Below, one piece after another: positions 12,401-22,639 of a stretch of 64,000 nucleotides of DNA (position 1 is its first letter; each line of letters begins with the position of its first letter). A model generated the notes under the pieces. The model was not told the origin of the DNA. It was given only the letters and a program-made list of their open reading frames with translations, and made no database searches. Source of the stretch: Zootoca vivipara (Eukaryota); NCBI RefSeq assembly GCF_963506605.1, contig NC_083282.1, positions 49,042,001 to 49,106,000 on the forward strand. The letters are read 5' to 3'. A program made the translations under genes and the position numbers.

Positions 12401-13501
12401 ATATTGCACCCTGAAGGTCCCCACCCCCATAGTAGGGACCTTACGTTTCTGGAAGTCCCGGAGGGTGAATGGGGCCGGCCTTAGTTTGGGACCCCCATTA
12501 GGGCACAGTTCCCTTAATGTTCGGGCCGAGATTATGGATAGAGTTGAACCCGTGTCCAGCTCCATGCGGCATGGGGCTCCCTCTATCTGTACCTCTATAT
12601 AAATTTTCTCTGTGCTGGGATGGGGCAACTGGAATACCTGGTAGTCCGTGATCTCTGTCGAGTTGCCTTGGTGCATGGTGCCATGTGACCTGGGGCTCCT
12701 GGGTCGGTCATCTGATGCTTGTCGACGGGTGAGTCGAGCCCGACACACCCGGGCGATGTGTCCCAATTTTCTGCACTGCCTGCACTCTGCGTTGCGGAAA
12801 CGACAGGTCCTCCTCTCGTGGTTCTCCCCGCAGCTTGCACAGTTCCCTCCTTCTCGTCGAGGCTGCTGTGGTGTGTGTGCTGCTTGAGTGCGCCGCTGTA
12901 CTTGGTGTACTTCCTCCCTGTCAGATTCGGATTCGTCGGTGAGGTCTTCGTGGTAGACCCTCGGTTGGGATGGCGGGGCCGGTCGTGCCTCTTGCGTTGA
13001 CCTCTCGGCGGCTTCGGTTGCCAGGGCTTCCTCCAGAGCAATCTGGAACGTGAGGTCTTTTTTGGCGTAGAGGCGTCGTTGCAACATCTCGTCCCTCAGG
13101 CCACCGACGAGGCGGTCACGAAGCATGTTCTCCAATTCTGAGAAGTTGCATAACCGGGCGGCTTGGCGGAGGGAGGTCACAAACCCAGTTATGGTTTCCC
13201 CCGGGGCTTGCCGTTTTGCGTAGAAGGCATTTCGGCAAGCTACCACCGAGGGCTGTGGTGAGAAGTGCTCCTTCAGCCGTTCCATTATTGTTTTGTAAGA
13301 GACGGTAGCGACATCTCTAGGTGCAAGGAGAGCCCGGGCGATTTCAAACGTCTCCTCTCCACAGACGCTGAAGAATGTCGCCCTCTTCATGGCATCGTTG
13401 GTGACTTCTTTCGCTTGCAGGAGGAAGTTGAAACGGGCGGCGTACCCTTCCCAGTCTCCTGATGCTGGTTTGAATGGCGAGAAGCTGCTGTCGGTTGCCA
13501 T
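9431..13501 (-). CDS. Gag-Pol polyprotein, 1356 aa (Gag, two CCHC knuckles, aspartic protease, RT, RNase H, integrase)
   Basis: CASCGENHERRTC and CRQCRKLGHIARVC knuckles; LDTGS protease; RT motifs RICADYK, KLDLAQAYQQL, LQFGV, FFDD; RNase H CDASPYGIGAVL and TDHKPL; integrase HHCC (HETH...CQTC) and D,D,E (VDFAG, SDNG, QAER). PR-RT-RH-IN order is Ty3/Gypsy. Confidence 0.97.
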   Translation of the reverse strand: MATDSSFSPFKPASGDWEGYAARFNFLLQAKEVTNDAMKRATFFSVCGEETFEIARALLAPRDVATVSYKTIMERLKEHFSPQPSVVACRNAFYAKRQAPGETITGFVTSLRQAARLCNFSELENMLRDRLVGGLRDEMLQRRLYAKKDLTFQIALEEALATEAAERSTQEARPAPPSQPRVYHEDLTDESESDREEVHQVQRRTQAAHTPQQPRREGGNCASCGENHERRTCRFRNAECRQCRKLGHIARVCRARLTRRQASDDRPRSPRSHGTMHQGNSTEITDYQVFQLPHPSTEKIYIEVQIEGAPCRMELDTGSTLSIISARTLRELCPNGGPKLRPAPFTLRDFQKRKVPTMGVGTFRVQYRGRKQQLDLLVVKGPYVSLLGLAWFGPLGLAVTGVNRTSLQVDVDAICKEFPGVFDGALGRYTGPPIALQLDPAVRPIRHKARRVPFALKPRIDEELDRLVEQGVLEPVPNAPWETPIVTPVKPNGSVRICADYKCTINKALTAHAYPVPVVSHVLATLAGSKIFGKLDLAQAYQQLPVDEATAEAQTIVTHRGAFRVKRLQFGVSVAPGIFQNLMDSLLKGIPGVTPFFDDVLIAGPTPEEFEDRLRSVLHRFQTAGLKVKREKCLLGVPQVDFLGFKVDAEGVHPTGDKVRAICEAPAPKSKPELQSFLGLLNFYHAFLPHKAAVAEPLHRLLDKRAPWVWGQRQRAAFQAVKDLLVSNSVLAHFDERLPVVLACDASPYGIGAVLGHQLPDGREVPVAYFSQTLAAAERNYSQIDKEGLAIVKGVKKFHDFLYGRPFTIVTDHKPLLGLFAPEKQTPQVLSPRVLRWSIFLAGYQYALIHRPGKAMGHADALSRLPLPETGPDPAPAQEVMTLELLPDRPIQAQEVAHHSTKDRVISRVLDWVWRGWPSSSPGPEFAGYTNRKHELSAHKGCLLWGSRVVVPQPLRKRVLTALHETHPGVVRMKALARSYVWWPGIDREIEAWVQHCQTCQESRPDPPRAPVQPWESARHPWSRLHVDFAGPFQGKTFFIVVDSYTKWLEVALVPSTSTAAAIRVLRKLFATHGLPDTLVSDNGTAFTSEEFQTFTAQNAIRHIRSAPFHPATNGQAERMVRTTKDSLRRMTQGDWEYRLAAFLLAQHSTPSTTTGRSPAELLMGRRLATRLDRLHPDRAQDEVVVGKGRNPRTFVAQDPVYAKNFGAGPAWVPATVTKVTGPVSYEVLTEGGQCWRRHCDQIRRRFPGGTREESGTEGSQGDSRAVRPVEREGWAEEAEAVGTEGRPEAGRTPEPELQPSGSVAPDQTAPAQPAASEHEPEPEPLTKEHPRPQRTRRRPADLGDYECNFPGRTGT

Positions 13502-13610
13502 TCTGGGTTCCTTGGGTCCTGGAGCTGAAGCCTGGATGCACGGTGCGATGCAGCGGTGCAGCAGGTGGCGGTGCTGCGGTGCAGTGCGTGGTGGCGGTCA
13601 GCTCAGCAGG

Positions 13611-13628
13611 ATCCCATCCTCATCGCCG
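13611..13628 (-). promoter_or_regulatory. Primer binding site, tRNA-Ser(GCU)-like
   Basis: Minus strand CGGCGATGAGGATGGGAT lies 1 nt after the 5' LTR; 16/18 match to the complement of the vertebrate tRNA-Ser(GCU) 3' end (TGGCGACGAGGATGGGAT), as recalled. Confidence 0.8.
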
Positions 13629-13629
13629 G

Positions 13630-14005
13630 TGAAATATACTCGGAGTCAAGAGTGAATTTCATGCTCTTTATTCAGCTCATAGTCATCAAGGAGGAGAAGA
13701 GAAGACGAATGGCTCTTTTCCCAAAACCATCTGCTTATATACATTATTTACACAATGGGCCTTGCGTGATTGGCTACTTCAGGGCTACACCTGTGGGCCA
13801 ATTATATTGTGGATTGACTTTTGCCTGCAGCCTGATTGGCTGCTCCTACAGGCCAATCAGGTAGCAGATTCACTTCTGCCAGCCGCCTGATTGGCTGCTC
13901 CAGCAGGCCAATCAGGTTGCGGATTCACTTCCACCTGGCGTTGGATTGGGTAGCTCCCGCTGATTCTGAATCCTATTGTTCTAGGATTCAGCTCAGTACA
14001 TAACA
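13630..14005 (-). repeat. 5' LTR of Gypsy element
   Basis: Identical to 9045-9420; seven CCAAT boxes, TATA and polyA signal; followed by the PBS. Confidence 0.97.
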
Positions 14006-14058
14006 GCTTTGCTCACAGAAATAGAGAAGCAGGAGACCAGTGCTCCTCTGTCACAGTA

Positions 14059-14299
14059 CAGTGGTACCTCGGTTTAAGAACAGTCCGGTTTAAGAACAAT
14101 TTGGTTTACAAACTCCGCAAAACCGGAAATAGTGTCTTGGTTTGAGAGCTTTACCTCGGTTTAAGAACAGAATCCGAATGGTAGAAGGGCACCAGTGGTG
14201 GGAGGTCTCATTAGGGAAAGTGCACCTCAGTTTATGAACGGTTTCAGTTTAAGAACGGACTTCCGGAATGGATTAAGTTTGTTAACTGATGTACCACTG
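14059..14299. mobile_element. Tc1/mariner-type MITE
   Basis: CAGTGGTAC... / ...GTACCACTG TIRs, TA TSD, internal GGTTTAAGAAC repeats. Confidence 0.8.
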
Positions 14300-14643
14300 T
14301 ACTTACATATTCAAGGGTTTACTCATACAGCATATGGTGAGGCTAACTGCTGGTGGGAAAGGCAGGTGTGTATCTGAATATCTAATAAATCTAGTAAAGC
14401 AAGGACAGTTAGGCATCCTCAGCTAAGTCCAGGCTTCCGGTAAGAGGAAATGCACAGTCATCAGTGTGTGACATGGAATTATACATAATGACTGGAATGA
14501 AATACCAACTCATTTTTTTAATGTTATTTCACAACTTACCCAAGTCCCTAACCATGGTCAGGCTTTGTCTGTTCAAAGGCCCTTCCCTTGATGCTGGGTT
14601 TTCATATTGAAAGAAGAAAAACACTAAGGATGCAGCCCTAATC

Positions 14644-15393
14644 TAGGGTTACCAGACGTCCCCGTTTCCCAGGGACAGTCCCTGGATTTGCGAATAATTC
14701 CCCAGACAAATTCCATCCCCGAAATGTCCCCGGATTTCATCTAATGTTCCCGGGAAATGCAGTCTCAGCAGCCTGGAGCATTTGGCTCTGGCTGGCTTCA
14801 GGAGCTGCTTGGAACTCCCCATATGATGATAGTGCAGGGGCTATAAGATGCAGCTTCCAGGCTGCCTCCACCTTCCCTCATCCCAGCTACTAAGCTGTGA
14901 AGGGGGGCTTCATGCTGCCTATTGGAGCAGCCTCCCAACTCCTACTTGCGTGCAAGCAGGAACGGGGCAGGGATCTCTCAGTTAGGCAATGAGAAGCCTC
15001 CCTTCCCAGCTGAGGGATCCCCGCCCCCTCCTGCTTGAACACAAGTAGGAATGGGATTGGGGCTGCTCCGATGGGAAAGGAGGCATCGCGCTGCCCGAGC
15101 CTCGCCGTCGCTGCCGCTCTTGGCCCTCCTTCTCCGCCTTCCATGCCTGACCCACCACGCACTGCTTCCCCACCACTACTACCACCGAAGTACCCAACAA
15201 CTCAGGGGCTTCCCAGGCTCATTGAGAAAGTAGATAGAAGCCTTGGAGGAAGGGGAAACGTGGTGGTTGAGGTCAAGGCAGCGGCCGCCCCTCTGCCACC
15301 GCCATCACTGCAGCATCAACATCCCAAACGATTTATTTATTTATTTATTTAAAGTGTCCCCGGATTCATTGGAAAAAAAATCTGGTAACCTTA
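14644..15393. mobile_element. Non-autonomous hAT DNA transposon, 750 bp
   Basis: TIRs TAGGGTTACCAGA / TCTGGTAACCTTA; perfect 8-bp TSD CCCTAATC at 14636-14643 and 15394-15401; subterminal GTCCC repeats. Confidence 0.85.
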
Positions 15394-15832
15394 CCCTAAT
15401 CCCATTTACATGGGAGTAAGTCCTACTAAATTCAGTAGGATTTACTTCTAAATAGATAAGGGTAGGGTTACATTGTAAGCCTTTACCAGGCCTTTCACTT
15501 TTAGGAGATATAACCAAAACAAAAACAAAAACCCACATGCAGTATTCTACCAAATTGCTCATTAGGAAGAAAAACTACTTCCAGGCTCCTGTGCAATGCA
15601 TGCAAAAGCTTTGGGATATTTGACAAGCTCTTGGTACTTATGCTTATTAATCTTAAAATGGGAATATCTTTAAAATGCTAGAATATCTTTAAAATGCTAA
15701 TTGAATGAGCACCCCAATCCTATGCATGTCTACTCAAAAGTAAGCCCCACTGAGCTCAGTGGGACGTAGTCTAAAGAAAGTATGTGCAGCATTACAGCTG
15801 AAATAACTTTATTTTGATTTTCTTAAACTATC

Positions 15833-16136
15833 AGGTCGGCGGTTCAAATCCCTGTGACGGGGTGAGCTCCTGTTGCTCGGTCCCAGCTCCTGCCAACCTA
15901 GCAGTTCGAAAGCACGTCAAAGTGCAAGTAGATAAATAGGTACCGCTACAGCGGGAAGGTAAACGGTGTTTCCATGTGCTGCTCTGGTTCGCCAGAAGCA
16001 GCTTTGTCATGCTGGCCACATGACCTGGAAGCTGTATGCCGGCTCCCTCGGCCAATAACGCGAGATGAGCGCCGCAACCCCAGAGTCGGTCACGATTGGA
16101 CCTAATGGTCAGGGGTCCCTTTACCTTTACCTTACC
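15833..16136 (+). mobile_element. Sauria SINE, 5'-truncated
   Basis: Same core as the 7405 copy; ends GGTCCCTTTACCTTTACC. Confidence 0.9.
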
Positions 16137-17673
16137 TATAATTAGCTACATACTATTTTGTACCTCCTCCTCTGCCAAATGGTTGGTTACAGCCTGCCCA
16201 AAACACCTAGGGCCAAAGCAGACCAGACAAGAGATGCAGAAATAGAATCCCAGTTTTATTAAACTTCAGCAAATAGCAGCTGCATGGGAGCCCAATAAGA
16301 TGAACGGGCTGAAGGCTCCTCCCACCCTTGCTTAAACACACACACAAAACAGAGGGTGGTAGTCAACTACCGTAAGATTCACACACGGTCCATTATATTC
16401 AATGAGTCTTTTAGCAGGGAATTTTCCTAAGGTTGTCTGACCCCACCCCCATCAGTCACTCCCATGGCTCTGGACTCTGGTCCTGGATAAGTTGGGAACT
16501 AATATTTAAAACCTGAAGCCACATTTAATTTCAATCATCACATATCACTCCATGTTCTACCACCAGGGATGCATAACAGCTGCCTTTACAGGAGTTGCTC
16601 TTTCAAAACCTAGGCAGCAAACCTGATGCCAATCTCCAGTTTGTCCAAAATACATCTAGTCATTTCTAAGGCAGAACTAATTTTGCTGATATTCTGAAAA
16701 CCTTCAACGACACTCTAATCTTGAATACATTTATTATTCCTTCCTTCTCTCTCCCCCAGAACACTGCACATTAAAACCAGAAACACTGCTCCAGTGAGGG
16801 CTGCGGGAGATTATACATTTAAATAAAACATGCACAGAATTGATAATAAAAATTAAAAATAGAGAAATTAGTCAGCTTGAGTTTGGTGCTTTTTGAACCT
16901 GGCACTTTCTGTTGCTATGCAGGGCAACAGAAAAGGGTGCTAGATTCGGATCGCCCAATTCAAACAGAGGTTGGGAAGGGAGAATCAGGAGCACCCATAA
17001 GAGAGCACTCCTGAGTCTTCCTTTTCAAGCTGGCATCTCAACTTTACCTGTGCAGCACCTCAAATCATATGATGCCAGGTGATTAACTGGCTGATGTGTT
17101 TTTCCCCTAAATGGCCTGGTGGGCATAATTAGGCCCATGAGCCAGAGATCTCCCGTTGCTGCTGCAAACGCTTCAGCAACACATTATTCCATTGTATGAG
17201 AAGGGAGACAAAAAGTACCACCCACACTCCAGCCTCTGAATTCATGAGTGGCAACTGTCACAAGCCCCCACCTTGCTTGCTCCAGTTTACTCTGGACACC
17301 CAGAAGTGATCTTGTTTTAGCTCACCCCTGGGTGATTTCCACCCTCAGTCACAAGAGCTGCCTGAAACTGGATTGCAGAAAGGGTTGTGTTTTATATAAG
17401 TTTAGACAAATTTGTGAGGTTTCTTTTCATGGCTGTGCTACATATGCTATGTACTGGTGTGATAAACTGCATCAAGGTATGATACTTTAAAATGGTAGCA
17501 GTGGGCCTCCTGGAAAGATGAGCAAATGAATAAAGTGAAATAAGCCCCACTGCATCTCAGGGAGGAGGGATGTTTTCCTACCTGCCTGGGATGGCAAAAA
17601 TGTGAGGGTAGTCAAAGATCTGGCTGCTGGGTTGCCTTTGGCTGAGTGGGTCATTCAGCTTACTCTTTCTGTA

Positions 17674-17955
17674 CAGTGGTCCCTCGACTTACGAATTACC
17701 CGACATCCGAAGTTTTCAACTTACGAACGGGACAAATGGCCGCACGCTTATGAATTTTTCCACATCCGAACGGAAACCGTTGGTGGTTTTAAATGTGGTT
17801 TACTCGACTTACAAATTTTTAAATGTGGTTTCCTTGACTTACGAATTTTTCCGAATATTTTTTTTCCTATGGGAATCTGCTTTTCAACTTATGAAATTTT
17901 CGACCTACAAATGTGCATTCGGAACGGATTAAGTTCGTAAGTCAAGGGACCACTG
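17674..17955. mobile_element. Tc1/mariner-type MITE
   Basis: CAGTGGTCCCT / AGGGACCACTG TIRs, TA TSD, repeated GACTTACGAA; same family as 35243-35538. Confidence 0.85.
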
Positions 17956-18778
17956 TAATTGGTTGAGCAAGACTAACTTAAATCCTTTGATTTCAAAGAG
18001 TCTACTCTTTGAGTATGACTAGATTCAACCTTCAGTTAAAAGGCAGTTGATTAATCAACTAAACATGATTTAATTGGCTGACAGGCCTAAAGCAGTGTTA
18101 TTGCCAGGTTCATCTCTATTTGGCTGTGAGAATAGTCATCCTCCTGCTGAAGCAAGTTCCACCAACACCTATGAGATTGACTTCCAGTAGGGATGGGCCA
18201 CGCGGCATTTTTGAATGCATAATCAGCATTCATACCCTGAGATTCATGCTTGTGAAGAGATGGGGAAGTGCAAAGAACACCTCGGCTTGCCTCCTATAAA
18301 TATATCATTCAGTCATTTCACATAGTTGAAGTCACATGCTTCTCACGCTAGTAAAATTTGAAGGAGAAAGAATCAGGGAGAACATTCATTCTCCTCACCT
18401 CCAAGGACCACTTAGGAACAGAGGCCTAAGCCTCCCTTGGACCCTGAGGGAACTGTTGGAGGGTAGGTTTGCTGCTCCTGGTGTTATTTGGGGGAACCAG
18501 CCACCCATGGGGTGCTCACTTTGCTAACAGATGGCTCAATAATGGTAAATTCAAATTGCCTGCTTTAGTTTCTTCTCAAGTTCCTTTTCAAGAGTTCCAA
18601 AGTAATCAATTTTGTTTGCATTATTTAAGTCTTGGGAGCTGCAGGCACAAACAATTATGCACAGCACTGCACCCCCAATAGAACACTATTGTTGCTACAT
18701 TTTGGCACAGACAAAAGCTACAATAAAAACATCAAAATAGTACGGTATTTCTTGGTTATTTTGAAGAAGGGATTAGAA

Positions 18779-18914
18779 CAGGCATAGGCAAACTCAGGCC
18801 TCCAGATGTTTTGAGACTAAAATTCCCATCATCCTTGACCACTGGTCCTGTTAGCTAGGGATGGTGGGAGTTGTAGTCCCAAAGCATCTGGAGGCTTGAG
18901 TTTGCCTATGCCTG
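18779..18914. mobile_element. hAT (Buster/Charlie-type) palindromic MITE
   Basis: TIRs CAGGCATAGGCAAACTCA / TGAGTTTGCCTATGCCTG; 8-bp TSD GATTAGAA/GATTAGAC. Confidence 0.85.
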
Positions 18915-19905
18915 GATTAGACTGAAGAAGAGCTCTATCCATGGCTATGATAGCCAAAATGGAATTCCTAAGTCCAGAGACTATATGCCACGAAATACCA
19001 GTTGCTGAGGGACAATCAGTTGTGCGGGCTCTTGCCTTCAAGTCTTTCTGGTTGGTTTCCAGAAGGTATTTGGTTGGTCACTCAGGGAAAACAGGATGAT
19101 GGCATTAGATAAATGTTTGGTTTGATCTATCAGGCCATCTTTGTTCTTAACAGAGAAAGAACTGTCAAGGGTGGGGCTCAGACAGATAGTTACACCCACA
19201 GCTTACATGCAGTACAAGAAGGCATACAAAAATGGAATGAAAGTGCATTCTGGCTGTTGTACCAGCTTTTTGCAAGTGCAATTTTGGGTGTAACAAGATA
19301 CAAAAAAAAGAGAAACCAGTAACAAAATTGCAAGAGAGAAAATGTACTTTTACAGATGAGTTAAATTCAGAAAGCCTTGACATTCCCAGAATTTTAAAAA
19401 GCACATACAACATACAAATGCAGGTACTGTATATGGCAATCGTTGTGAACTGCCTCACCCATTTCAACCAATGGAATGTAGCAATGGTCTGTATAATGAC
19501 CAGAGATTAAACAGTATTAATACCCATGCACCTGGCAGCTATTTACGTGCAATTTTCCTCTGCTTTGTTTCATTGCCTTTGATTTTTGTTTCGCGTACTG
19601 TTCATATCAGTTTTCATTAAGGAAAAACAGGCATGCTTCGGAGCAATTAAAGTCACTCTTTGTTTACATACTAGAAAGTTACTGCGATCTGACTCACAGG
19701 CAACCTGCCATGTTACATAGGAGGGGGAAAAGGAGCAAACACAGTCAGTTTCCCAAGGTAGATTCCAGTCAGCGGTCAATGGGGGTGGGGTGCAGGAAAG
19801 GGACTACAGTGCCAGAAGGTTGGACAGCACTGATCCTCCAATTTAAAGACAAACAAACACTCTTCTTCAGGTTTGTGAGATGTACCCTTATCATTACTCC
19901 TTAGT

Positions 19906-20043
19906 TAAAACCAGATTATCTGTTCTAACTAGTTCTAAACTGCCCCTTAGGGCAGGTGGTGGTGGTGCTAGAAGTCCCTAGCACCACCACCACCTGCCCT
20001 AAGGGGCAGTTTAGAACTAGTTAGAACAGATAATCTGGTTTTA
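19906..20043. repeat. Perfect inverted repeat, 66-bp arms, 6-nt loop
   Basis: 19906-19971 is the exact reverse complement of 19978-20043; loop AAGTCC. Confidence 0.95.
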
Positions 20044-20789
20044 TAGCTACTAAAACAATAATCAGTCATGTGGTATCTAAGGACTAACAAACTGATCAAA
20101 GTGTAAGCCTATGGCATGCCAAGTGTGTTCATTCCATAAATTTACCTTTTTCTCTTTTTTTGCTACAACAGAGGCTACCCTCTGGAATGGGTCACTAAGA
20201 GGCACCAACAACATAAAGAACACCATGTCCAGCATATAGGAAACCTCGAGCGTAAGGATCAAACAATGAAAATCACTACCCATTACAGTACTGTCCTGGC
20301 TTCAGTCTGTTCTAGGAAAACTAGAGATTTCCTCCACCTTCCCCAGTGGTGGCTTGAAGTTAGCCTCACCCGACCCGATTTAAACATTCCCACAAACCGC
20401 CTGCCAGCCCTCCTGTAGCAGGGGCTTGGCATACAACACTCCAAGTAGGTTTTGCTCACAACAAGCTGCTGTTAGCATGCTGGCTAGGTAGTGTTCTGGC
20501 CCCCACAAGACCCCTAGGTGAAAGGCAGCCAAGTGTGCCTGCCTCGCTCCAACCCTTCCTAGGGCTACAGCATTCATTGATGCCGAAGAAACAATGGTCT
20601 TCTAGGGTGCCTTTTGCTCCACAAGCATCGCAGACTACTTTGGCGTCGAGTTTTATTCTAGTAAACACAATTCGATTCTATTTAAGCCAAGTGTTTTTCT
20701 AAGGTGTTTCAAATTTAGATACCCCCAACCACTCTGCTCCAGTCCTCCTGACTAGGACATGAACGCCCCCTGCTCTTCCCCGCCGGTAC

Positions 20790-20966
20790 CTCTTTGCAGG
20801 CGTGCAGCTCCTCTCCCGGAGTAGCGGCGCCTGCCCAAAGCAGCAACAGCAGAGAAAGGAGGAGAAGCGGCAGGCGCCTCCGCCCGAGCTCGGCACCAGG
20901 GAGCCACCGCCAGCACCCAGCTGTATCCGGCCGAGAAGGATGGACACCGCCAGCGGCCCCAGCCAT
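20790..20966 (-). CDS. ELAPOR1: ELAPOR1 (KIAA1324/EIG121) exon 1, signal peptide; remaining exons lie left of the window
   Basis: MAGAAGG...RRRLPLLLLSLLLLLWAGAATPGEELHACKE then a GT donor; resembles human LLLWAG...GPELHACKE at the end of exon 1; CpG island; head-to-head with CFAP276 as in human. Confidence 0.9.
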
Positions 20967-21646
20967 CGTGGCGCAGGAGCAGCCCCAAGGCACCGATCAG
21001 CTTCCCCGCGCGTCTGGATGAGGCGGCCACCGACTCACAGGTGCAGCGGCGGCAAGAGCAGCCAGCAGCAAGCAGCGCTCTCAGGCGGAGATGGGATGCG
21101 GGAGCCCCGCCCCCTGACCGCCTCGCGCCGCCCACACCTCGCTGCCTAGCAACCGCAGCTGCCTCCGCCGCGCCGGCCTCCGGCTCCCGCGCACCTGAGG
21201 CGGCTTGAAAGATGCGCCTGGGGACAGAGGCCGTTTGCTGCTGGCGCGCGCAACTTTCGAAGGGCGCGAGAGCCTCTTGGCGCGCTCGCCGCGGCCGCCG
21301 CGTGAGAGGCCGCGCGAGCATAACAAACAATAGCCCGCCTAATTCTGAACAATAGGAAACGGCGTAGCCGGAGGGAAAGAGGCTCAAGGGTTAGGGTGCA
21401 ATCCTAACCTCCTTGGCCTGGGAGTCAGCCGCGTTGGATTCAGCAGGAGTTGTTTCTGAGTAGACACGGTTAGGCTCGCTCTGGGAACGACTAGGCCGAG
21501 GCGCAGCCACACCACCTACTCAAACCACTCCAAGGGGTGAACAACTTGAATTTGGGCGGGGGCGATTAAGCCCCACCCCACATATCGATCACATGACATA
21601 CACACTATTTGAATGACGATGCCCATCAACTCTGCGGGGCCGTTCC

Positions 21647-22087
21647 CAGTGCCGGATTTACGTATAAACTATAATTTAGGGCCCCACTCTCTTGGGCCCC
21701 CCAAAATATTTAAAGGGGGAGTGGAAACATTTCCAAAATACAAAATAAAATAAAACCTACATACAGCAACAGTGTTTTGTGTTGTGCAGGCTCCTATGAT
21801 GTAAATCATGGGCCCCCAATCATTTTAGGTTAGAGCTTAATAATTATTTCACTATTAATATACTTCTTAATTGTATTTCAGTTCAACAATTACTTTGATA
21901 AAATACATATTTTGTTATGTGCAAATGGCTTTAGATACCTACTAGGTCCATAAATTACCATATACAGTAGCATATATTTAACAGAAAAAACAGCGACAAT
22001 TTGTTGTTGACAAAGGACAGGTGGACATATAAATGGCCCCATTACCTTCAGTAGCTTAGGGCCTCATCAAACCTAAATCCGGCCCTG
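21647..22087. mobile_element. Non-autonomous DNA transposon nested in an older MITE
   Basis: TIRs CAGTGCCGGATTTA / TAAATCCGGCCCTG around an AT-rich interior; no clean TSD. Confidence 0.65.
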
Positions 22088-22520
22088 TTCAGCCCCTTCA
22101 AATATCTCACTGAAAAGTCAAAGGGACCTCGGGGCCCCTGGGAACTGGCTCCTGTGAATCACTCGCAAAACACTTCCGCTCTTTAGGCTTACAGGACCTT
22201 GAATATTACAGGTTTATTGAGACAGCTGAGATTTTTCTTCTTCTCTTCTAACGGGTCTCTCGACCACGTTATGCCCACTGATGTGGTTGGTGTAAATGAG
22301 GTGCTTTCGGTGCGGGAAGCTTAGAACTAGGTACCGATCTATTTGCAGCACAGATGTTTCATGATCTTTCCCTGGTTTGTGGTTTATTCGAGAGCACCAC
22401 AGAAGTTGCAGCGAACAAATATACGAATTTAAAAGCAGCAAACCACGGAAAGCCAGGGGGGGTGTTTTTAAAATCAGTTTTTATCTGGAAAACAGCAAGG
22501 AAGAAGCCTGAGCACTCTGC

Positions 22521-22639
22521 ATTGGAAGAGTATTTTATTTTTATTTTTTTATAAATCATTTTTATTGGTTTTACAAATACAAAGTACAAATAAACACAAA
22601 TTAGAAAAAACGCATCTACAGTATATTGGAAGAGTATTT
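22521..22639 (-). mobile_element. Very short retroposed (L1-type 3' end) insertion with 15-bp TSD
   Basis: ATTGGAAGAGTATTT at 22521-22535 and 22625-22639 flanks a T-rich tail and TTTATT (AATAAA plus polyA on -). Confidence 0.7.

Larger units (their letters stand above)
9045..14005 (-). mobile_element. Full-length Ty3/Gypsy (Mag-like) LTR retrotransposon
   Basis: Two 376-bp LTRs (TG...CA) at 9045-9420 and 13630-14005, identical by eye; TSD GCTTT at 9040-9044 and 14006-14010; PBS 13611-13628; PPT 9421-9432; intact gag-pol ORF. Confidence 0.97.

Noticed and set aside
9495-13864. Many antisense and alternative-frame ORFs inside the Gypsy element, including LTR ORFs
   Set aside because: Shadows of the GC-rich gag-pol ORF; no env-like signal peptide/TM pattern or recognisable domain.
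14059-14299. Regularly spaced short repeats here and at 17674 and 35243, superficially CRISPR-like
   Set aside because: Eukaryotic DNA; these are subterminal repeats of TA-flanked MITEs with irregular spacing and no cas genes.
15662-15699. 19-bp tandem duplication (similar ones near 29913-29950 and 52387-52410)
   Set aside because: Ordinary slippage or repair duplications with no sign of function.
20752-21387. 211-aa and overlapping ORFs in the ELAPOR1 CpG island
   Set aside because: GC-rich low-stop artefacts; only the frame ending ELHACKE|GT matches a known protein.
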